Source: Octopus vulgaris (Eukaryota). Taken from it: 64,000 bases of DNA. Shown piece after piece: positions 53,887 to 64,000 of the stretch. Location of the stretch: positions 51,150,001 through 51,214,000 of the forward strand of contig OX597822.1 of assembly GCA_951406725.2 (NCBI GenBank), written 5' to 3'. Below the pieces are notes generated by a model, which ran no database searches, was not told where the DNA came from, and saw only the letters and a list, made by a program, of their open reading frames with translations. Numbering within the stretch: the stretch's first letter is position 1; each line of letters begins with the position of its first letter. The position numbers and the translations under genes were made by a program.

Positions 53887-54831
53887 GAATTGAAAGAGAT
53901 TCATTAGAAGGAATTAGTAGAGTTAATTTTTTAGAAGTTATTCTGGGGAAGTAAAGATATACAAGAAATTTGATATAATGCAGGAAATATATAAGGGAAA
54001 ATATGAAAATAAAAATATATTGGAGGTTAAAATAGTTGTTCCGTTATCCATGAAATGTGTCGTGTAGAATGTTTATAGAGCCTTCCTGTCCATATTGTGT
54101 AATGTGATAAGAATTCATGTTATTATTTCAAATGGATAGTATTCGGATATTAATTTCATGCGTTGTTCATTCGAGAGGATCTTGTAGTATAAATGAATTT
54201 TGAGAATTATACTGGTGAGGGGAAGTAGATAATGCGAGAAAGGAATAGAAAAAGAGAAATAGAAAAGAGGAATGCAAGATGCTGGTCAGCATATAATTAC
54301 AAGGGGGGGGAGAAGAGAGCTATGAATAGATAAAAAGAATAGGGGGATTGAAAGGAGAGATAAGAGGGTAATAAAGGAGTACGTGTGAGGAGGTGGGGGA
54401 TGAGTTTTAAAAGTCCCTAAAGGTGGAGAGATAGATAAAAATTGTGGTACAGGGGGTAGGGGAGTAATAAATGTGAATATTAAACGTTGAGAAGGAAGGG
54501 AAGGTGGGGAAATAAGTGAGAGTGCTAGGAAATAAGGGATGAATGTTGAAATATAATGGCCATGTTTCTAACATGGACGTTGACATTTATAAGTCAGAGA
54601 GTGTACAAGCTAAATTGAAGGAGGAAAGTTATAGTGAGGTATAAATCAGTAAGTGAAAGAAAAATACGTATATATATACATATATAAATATTGGACCGCT
54701 GATTTTTTTTATTCTGTCTGTTTATTTTCTCTTATTCTCTTCAATTTTTCATTTTCCCGAGAGTCACACTAATACACTTGCTTGTTGTTCATATACTTGT
54801 CTTCGTCCTCTGTTTTTCTATAAATTTCAAC

Positions 54832-54885
<54 letters not shown>

Positions 54886-55699
54886 TGTGTGTGTGTGTGT
54901 GTGACCGCGTGTGTGTGACCGCATGTGTACCGTTGACGATTGTTTTCCTCCTTCTTCCCTTCCTTCCTGAGCGTCCAATAATGCTATATTTGTTCCACAT
55001 CCTCGCGTTGTTGTGTTTTCTCTTTGTGTTTTCATGTTTGGATTAACTCTTTCTATATATATATATCGGAAACAGAAAATAGTTTCTAAGAAACTTTATT
55101 CAACATAACGATCGTTTCGACCCATCCATTATCTGTCCTTCGCGCAGGAGAGACTGTAAAACCATTTGTGTTGCATCCACCAGCGCAGATTGCTTATGAT
55201 CAGGTGTCTTATTTTATACTAGTTAGTTCTCTTAATATACTCGGTTTCGCTTGGTATATTGTTGTCTATAATGATAGAGGATCGATACAATTTCCGGGAT
55301 ATAACCAGTAAGTCAGTTTGGCTATAATCTATAGTGAATGCATGACACAGAATAAAGTAATAAATGATGGAAAAGGGAGAGAATTGAAAAATAAAATGAA
55401 GGAAGATAATTATACACGTGTTGACATGAATACAGATATATAGACGTACGTACACACACACCATACTCAGTGGAGCAGCACAACCAGTTGTACAGTATTC
55501 CATCCATAATGGACAGATGTAGGATGTATCGAAACGATTGTTGTGTGGAATAAAGATTCCTACAAACGTCGCTTGCCGTTTCTCTCATTCATTATAAATT
55601 CAATGAATACAGCGGAATTCCTGAGGTGGATCCAGTGATACATAGCAAAACTGTGGATGATATCATGTAGCCTAAAAAGTGAAAGTTCTTAATCAGTAA

Positions 55700-56430
55700 C
55701 CAAATACACAAGGTCCAAATAACTACTTTTGACCACCACTTCCAAACCTTTTTTTTATTGGAAACTGGAAAATATTCGTAGATGACTGCTTTATACTTTG
55801 GAACCAAAGTAAGAAGATCTTAAAAGTTTCTCAAATTGATAATTAGCAGTCATGTCTCAATCCAATTCAATGTGTAAGTGAATGGAATAGAACTCCTCTT
55901 TCTGGATATTCTGATAATTAAAGAAAATGAAACGCAACTAATCTCTACTACAAGAACAAATATTCACACCAATATCTGAATTTTAGATCTTGCAGCCTTT
56001 CCCATACAATAAGGGACACATCATATAACATGGCGAGGTGCATATGCTCAATCGTCATACACACCGTTAGACGAGATAAATGACTGGCAGAACATAATAT
56101 ATTCTTTCAGAAACAAAAATACCCCACCAAGATAATTCAACATGCCATAACAAAAGAAAAAGAAATCCCGATCTCTACTTTTCCGAGAAACACGCAGTCT
56201 AGGTGTGAAAACAAAAATACAAATACAAATATTGCTTTTGTAGTCACCCACACTCCAAGAAATCAAAAAATCCTGCATTCAGCCAAATGGTATCTCCCAA
56301 TTGTACATCGATCACCAAATCTCCAACGAATAATTTAAAAAGTCACAAATTATCAACAGTCGAAGACAACCTCCAAACCTCAGGAGACTTCTAACGAAAG
56401 GCGAGATTCACATTTTAAAAAGAAAAGATG
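55700..56430 (+). pseudogene. Decayed Neptune-like PLE RT/thumb
   Basis: IGNWKIFVDDCFILWN, ELLFLDILI, YYK...HQYLNFRSC..SH.....YNMAR.IC, SRRQPPNLRRLLT; homologous to the 36.5-39.9 kb element. Confidence 0.8.
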
Positions 56431-57378
56431 AAGGTAACCAATTGTGGAGTTAATGTGAATTAATTGAGCAAGAGGCAACCAAAAGATTCAAGAATTAGAA
56501 GTAATTCGAAGTGGATGCAAACATAAATTGCAAAACAAGAAACATCATCTATTGCATCATATACCCACAATGCCCTAAAACCTACATTAGGGAAAGAGGA
56601 AGGAAACCGACCAGTTTTATAGTCAATAGTTAAAATATATTTACATATCCTCTTTTTACAAAACATTAGGTAAAAATTATTAACTATAAAAGACGAAGGG
56701 AGTATATTTTATGAGAACATTAAGTCCGAAAATAAACCGGAAATAGTTAATACTAACCCAACAACAAGTATAACAAATTCCTCTTTCATACATTGTCCAA
56801 GAACACGTGTCTTTGGAAAGATAATCGAAAGCGCTTACACACCAGAAGCTTGTTCCGCAAAGCTCCGTGACTTTGTCATGAAGAAATTACAACCTTTTAA
56901 AACGATAATTCTTTTAAAAATCATTATTAAACTTATTAAAACTGTATCAAATTCCATAAAGATGTATACATACATGCATGTATACATACATGCATGCATA
57001 CATGCATGCATTCATACATGCATACACACATGTGTGCATGCATGCATGCATACATACTTACATACATGCATGCATACATACATACATGCATGCATACATG
57101 CATGCATACATGCATACATACATACATACATACATACATACATACATACATGCCTGCATACATGCATGCAATCATACATACATACATACATACATACATA
57201 CATACATACAGGGCATATTACCATCCCCCGATACACATCTACACGATGACCTTTTCCAATCCCTCGCTTCTACGCCTCCTGATCAATAAAGTATTGTTTC
57301 ATCTCGACTGGTTCTGTCCTTACCCAACAAGTTTCTTTAATGCAATATCACCCAATGCATTACCGTAACTGTGCCATC

Positions 57379-57543
57379 TTACGTTATTTACATTTGACGG
57401 ATATTTGTCCAAATCTTGTTTCTTGTTAACACATCCTTTCCGCTGATATACCCTCCGGCCTTCTTCAGGCGTTCTGGGGAAATTTCGAACCTGGGTTCTC
57501 ATTCCTAAGATATTTTTCGATGTTGTTGTTGTTGTTGATATTA

Positions 57544-57637
<94 letters not shown>

Positions 57638-57726
57638 CATTATTATTATAATTATTATTATTATTATTATCATCATCATTCAGGTCACTGCTTGGAATCG
57701 TACTCGGAATCTTGAGGTTAGTAGCC
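57379..57726 (-). mobile_element. tRNA-headed SINE with (AAT)n linker and 3' hammerhead (copy 1, 5'-truncated)
   Basis: GGCTACTAACCTCAAGATTCCGAGTACGATTCC (B-box-like), (AAT)n, then AACGC CTGAAGA A GGCCG gagggtatat CAGCG GAAA GG AT GTGTT at 57428-57473. Confidence 0.7.
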
Positions 57727-57847
57727 ATATGCTATTTATTTCTCATATTCTACTCGCATTTGCAGATACGAGTAGCATATGGGAACCAGTATTAAAGAAG
57801 GAGAGGAAAATATTAGATTTATAAGCTCGAAAATTCACTCCATAATT

Positions 57848-58055
57848 GGTCACGTAGTGGTTAAGAGTGCGGGCTACTAAACTCAAGATTCCGAGTTCCA
57901 TAATATTAATAATAATAATAACAGCAACATCGAAAAATACCTTAGGAATGAGAACCCAGGTTCGAAATTTCCCCAAGACACCTGTATTCAGCCGAAACGT
58001 AGTGTTTACAACAAACAATACGATTGCAAATATCCGTCAAATGTATATAACGTAC
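57848..58055 (+). mobile_element. tRNA-headed hammerhead SINE (copy 2, inverted relative to copy 1)
   Basis: GTAGTGGTTAAGAGTGCGGGCTACTAAACTCAAGATTCCGAGTTCC head; ACAC CTG[deletion]tatt CAGCC GAAA CG TA GTGT; body and tail are the reverse complement of copy 1. Confidence 0.7.
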
Positions 58056-58407
58056 ATAATTTATCTCTTGAATATAGAACTGCTCCATTTTAGATACTAT
58101 ATAACTATAAATAATACTAATCTGATGCAAGTGTATTGACCTTGCAATAAATAAAATTTGCCCTAATATTCATTCCTTATTGACATCCATTATATTTGAG
58201 TATGTATTTCCGTCGTCAAAATTATCACGTGAACACCAATTATATTGCTTAACTGTGATAACGAATTATTGCTTAAAGCAGAAAGACATAAATTTCGTTC
58301 ATATCCTAATAGCTAGCCTAGCCCAAGCGGGAGTTTCTTATGTTTCTGGTTTCTACTGTTTATATTCCGTATCCAAATGTACAATATGATGTACGTATGT
58401 ATATATA

Positions 58408-58642
58408 TTTTCCTTTCACTTGTTTCAGTTATTACGCTGCCACCATGCTGGAACACCGCATTTAGTAGTACAAACCGACCCCCAGGACATATTGTTGTAA
58501 GCGTATTACTTTACTATCGGATCTCTTTTGCCGAATCGCTAAGTTACGGGGACGTAAACACGCCAACATCGGTTGTCAAGCGATGGTGGGTGCACAAACA
58601 TAGACACAAAGATACATATACGCACATATATGCATACACACG

Positions 58643-58678
<36 letters not shown>

Positions 58679-59148
58679 ATTGAAGAAATGGAGCTGAACG
58701 AAGATTGAACAGAAATCGTTTTATTTCATTCTACACGTGTTTCGAAAGGCACAATTTACCAAAATCCGATTGAATAATGAGACCATATTGTGTCTTTCTC
58801 TTCAGGAAGAAATAGGAAATCCGTTGGAAAAAACAAAAACAGAACAGAGGCGGAGCAAAACAAATCGAACTAGGCTCCTAAGAGCCCATGGCCAAACTGT
58901 TTATCAGTGTATGTTGAGAACAGGTGGTGGGTGCGTTGAAGATTTTAACGGGTCAGGCAGCGGTCATATATATACATATATATATGACGGGCTTCTTTCA
59001 ATTTCCGTCTACCAGATCCACGCACAAGTCTTTGGTCAGCCCAAGGCGATAGTAGAATACATTTCTCCAAAGTGCCACACAGTAGGACTGAACCTGGAGC
59101 CATGTGGTTGGGAGGAGAGCTTCTTACCACGCAAACACTCCTGCGCTT
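58408..59148 (-). mobile_element. SINE family A split by an insertion in its central microsatellite; an internally deleted copy follows at 59167-59292
   Basis: Tail half 58408-58620 and head half 58985-59148 match the other family-A copies. Confidence 0.8.
58729..58808 (-). ncRNA. Type-I hammerhead ribozyme with long stem II, within an insert at ~58673-58965
   Basis: TTC CTGAAGA GAAAGACACAAT...ATTGTGCCTTTC GAAA CACGTG TA GAA; intact core, palindromic stem III. Confidence 0.82.
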
Positions 59149-59289
59149 AGATATGTATATATATATACTCTTTAATTTCTTTTACTCTACTACTTGTTTC
59201 AGTCACTTACCCGAGGTGTCACGCAGTGGGACTGAACCCGGAACCATGTGGTTGGTAAGCAAGCTACTTACTACGCAGCCACTCTTGCG

Positions 59290-59337
<48 letters not shown>

Positions 59338-59441
59338 CATACATATATATATATACATACATACATATGTATATACATATATATATAAGCGCAGGAGTGG
59401 GTACGTGATAAGAAGCACTCTTCCCAACCCCCTACTCACAC

Positions 59442-59507
<66 letters not shown>

Positions 59508-59667
59508 TTGTTGAAATGGAAAGATGAATTATCTTGTTACGGATTATTCAAGAGTTTAACCGATACCTGGGTAGCAAAAATCACAGCAGAAAAAACACGG
59601 TTGGAGATAAGACCATATGGTGTTGCAACCGTGCGTTGCTACGGATAATTGAAGTTTAATATAATTA

Positions 59668-59956
59668 GTGAATGGAAGAAATGGAGTTGAACGAAGATTG
59701 TACAGAATTCCTTTTATTACATTCTACACATGTTTCAAAGGCCACAATTTTCCAAATTCTGATTAAATAGGGATACCATATTGCAGCTTTCTCTTCAGGA
59801 AAACCAGGAAAACCATTCCTGGTGTTTCCTGAAGAGAAAGCTGCAATATGGTAACCCTATTTAATCAGAATTTTGAAAATTGTGGCCTTTGAAACGTGTA
59901 GAATGTAATAAAGGAATTCTGTACAATCTTCGTTCAACTCCATTTCTTCCATTCAC
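59668..59956. mobile_element. Palindromic element (~143-bp arms, 5-nt loop) carrying a hammerhead on each strand
   Basis: Arms 59668-59810 and 59816-59956; hammerheads at 59722-59801 (-) and 59826-59903 (+); same family as 58673-58810. Confidence 0.85.
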
Positions 59957-59961
59957 CATTC

Positions 59962-60031
<70 letters not shown>

Positions 60032-60032
60032 T

Positions 60033-60468
60033 ATCACTTTGTCCGACCAGTCCGTCAGGCGTCCATTTGACACCGCTGGTCACAGCACGCTGTCCACTCC
60101 TCTCTAGATCGCGCCTTTCTCATCCACGTGATCCCAATCGTCCTCCTGAAATCGTCACCCCACCGTCGTGGAGGTCTTCCGGGTGGTCTTTTCCGCTCAC
60201 GCGGGTACCATTCCACGACTGCATGCGTCCACCGATTATCGGTGAGCCGGGTTACGTGTCCAGCCCATCTATACTTGCTGCGTGTATACTCTGCGATGAC
60301 ATCTCTCACGCCGGACTTCTTTCTGATGATCTTGCTACTTATGTGCTCTCTCGACGAGATACCAAGCATTGACCTTTCCATGGCTCTTTGAGCCGTTACC
60401 AGTCTTTGCTCTTCTCTCTTTGTGGTAGCCCATGTTTCACTACCTTTTAACATTGCAGGCAGAAACAA
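60033..60468 (-). mobile_element. RTE-clade LINE 3' end
   Basis: LPAML.GSETW.TTK.....L..AQRAMERSMLG.....H.....IR..SGV.DV.......K.RWAGHV.R..DNRW....EWYPR..KRPPGRPPRRW.DD; short 3'UTR running into (TA)n. Confidence 0.9.
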
Positions 60469-60479
60469 AGCCTACATAT

Positions 60480-62270
<1,791 letters not shown>

Positions 62271-62325
62271 TATCATATTAATATACTTACACACACACAC
62301 ACATACACAAACACACACACATACA

Positions 62326-62393
<68 letters not shown>

Positions 62394-62694
62394 CATTAGT
62401 TTTTGCAGTGTCAGTTGACACTGTTTCCTGAGAGTATTTTAATATGTTGTTATTCTCCTAGTTATTTAAAGAAATAATATACTTTCTTACAGAAGTATAG
62501 ATGGTGCATTGAATAAGCGCGTTTCATCTTACTACACCAAAATATATATTCAAATATACAGAGCATAATGTAAAGTTGGGTATCGAAAGAAAATGTTTAC
62601 GTGAGAAAAAAGATTGTTTGATCGCCTGAAATAGGTGTGCTTAAACAATAGATGTTATGTTTAATGTAATAACATAATACTCTTTATTTCGTTT

Positions 62695-62930
62695 TCGGAT
62701 TTGGTTTGCAACATTCTTTATGTGGGTTCGTGTGTTGAAGCACATTCTGTTGTGTTTAGGGAAAGCCATTCTCTTTTAGTGCCTTATAATTTAACACACT
62801 CACCGGTAAAAGTTTCACTCATTTACTTATGTATTTTTCTATAAATAAATGAGTTCAAATTTTAGCGGTGAGTGTGTTAAATTATTAGGCACTAACAGAC
62901 AATGACATTCCCCAGACAGAACAGAATAAT
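62695..62930. mobile_element. Inverted-repeat element (~85-bp arms) with external tail, related to the 52647 element
   Basis: ttagtgcct.ataatttaacacactcaccg / cggtgagtgtgttaaattattaggcactaa; tail tttggtttgcaacattc...cgtgtgttgaagca. Confidence 0.7.
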
Positions 62931-62963
62931 TCTCTTTTCTTAACGCTAAATCCATCTTGTTCA

Positions 62964-63371
62964 TCTCTCTATATATAAACGGCAGTTTGTCTGTCTGTGT
63001 GTCTGTGTGGCTGTCAGGTTGTACCCTCACCTTGACCACGGCTTTCAACCGATTCTGATGAAACTTGACACACACATAGCCCAATGTCATAATTCAAAAC
63101 TAACGCAGCGAAAATTTTGAAAAGTTCCCCCAGTTCTGAAAAAAATCGATAAATTCGACATGGGGTCGAGAATCTAAGCTTTTTATATGCAACACATTTT
63201 CTGTTGGGAGACAGCTAGGAACATCGTATACATAGAAGTATTCGAGTGAAGAGAAGACATTGCAACCTACACATGCGCCTTCGTTCCCTAGAGGGAAAGA
63301 ACTAGATTGGGATTAGTCGTTGCCTACTAGGGGCTCTTACATACCCGGGCAACGCCGGGCTATGCTGCTAG
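62964..63371 (+). mobile_element. Non-autonomous Helitron
   Basis: Inserted between A and T; 5' TCTCTCTATATATAAACGG; 3' hairpin CCCGGGCAACGCCGGG then CTAG (63368-63371). Confidence 0.9.
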
Positions 63372-64000
63372 TAGTATATATGCTTAGCAGAAGACTTCTA
63401 CAAATTCTTACTTAATCTCTTTTCATATTAGTCCTATTGTGAGTGTGTGTGTGTGTGTGTGTGAATGTGTTTGTGTGTGTGCGTGTGTGTGTGTTGCCTC
63501 TTAATTATCTTCAGTATTCATTTGGAATAAAAATTATTCTATTCCTATTTTTTGTAGGTTTTTTCTCATTTTATTTTCATTTATGTTTGTAGTTATTGCA
63601 AATACATATTTCACCAACGTGCATTTCCAGATGCCGCTTCATCAATCTGAAATTCCTGTAATATACTGGCTATTGTAACTACGCATGTCATCATTTCTTT
63701 GCCATTTCTCAATTGCCCACTCATGTCAATATATATTCCGATCCTGTGCTGATGACATATTTGTGCATATGATAAAGAATTATACGCATATGGATAGTTA
63801 ACCAACGGATGAAAATGGACACCCACCACATCTTCAAAACAGACCTGGATCTCTTGAAATAAAGAACGATTTGGACGATATAGGTCTCTACACGATTTGA
63901 AGAAAATGAGGTAGTCATAGATAAAATGTCATTTAAAATAGCCCAGCTTATATCATGTTATCCTGATGCCAACAATTGTAACATATTACCTGATCGCTTA

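Noticed and set aside
57848-57900. Functional tRNA gene
   Set aside because: Incomplete cloverleaf running into (AAT)n; it is a SINE head.
63590-64000. Possible host exon at the window end
   Set aside because: No long frame follows the apparent acceptor. IFRSCADDIF looks more like a decayed RT YxDD region, but the support is too weak to annotate.

Overview
AT-rich eukaryotic intergenic or intronic DNA, about 64 kb, very rich in microsatellites. The tRNA-derived SINE families look like those of Octopus (coleoid cephalopod); this taxon call is an inference. I found no convincing host protein-coding exon, and most ORFs in the track are microsatellite artefacts. The window is a mosaic of transposon remains: Penelope-like elements (PLEs), R4/Dong-like and RTE LINE fragments, mariner/maT elements, non-autonomous Helitrons, a Ginger-like MITE, foldback palindromes and several SINE families. 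The PLEs comprise one young Neptune-like element with an inverted, partly duplicated architecture at 35.7-39.9 kb and many decayed Naiad-like fragments. The most notable signal is about ten minimal type-I hammerhead ribozyme (HHR) motifs read directly from the sequence. They sit in PLE pseudo-LTRs (including a U3-A8 core variant), a 352-nt retrozyme-like repeat, a palindromic double-hammerhead element, and a tRNA-headed SINE ending in a hammerhead. Together they suggest a Penelope/hammerhead-dependent community of non-autonomous retroelements. The young PLE also has a candidate -1 frameshift (U_UUU_UUA) linking an upstream ORF to the RT.
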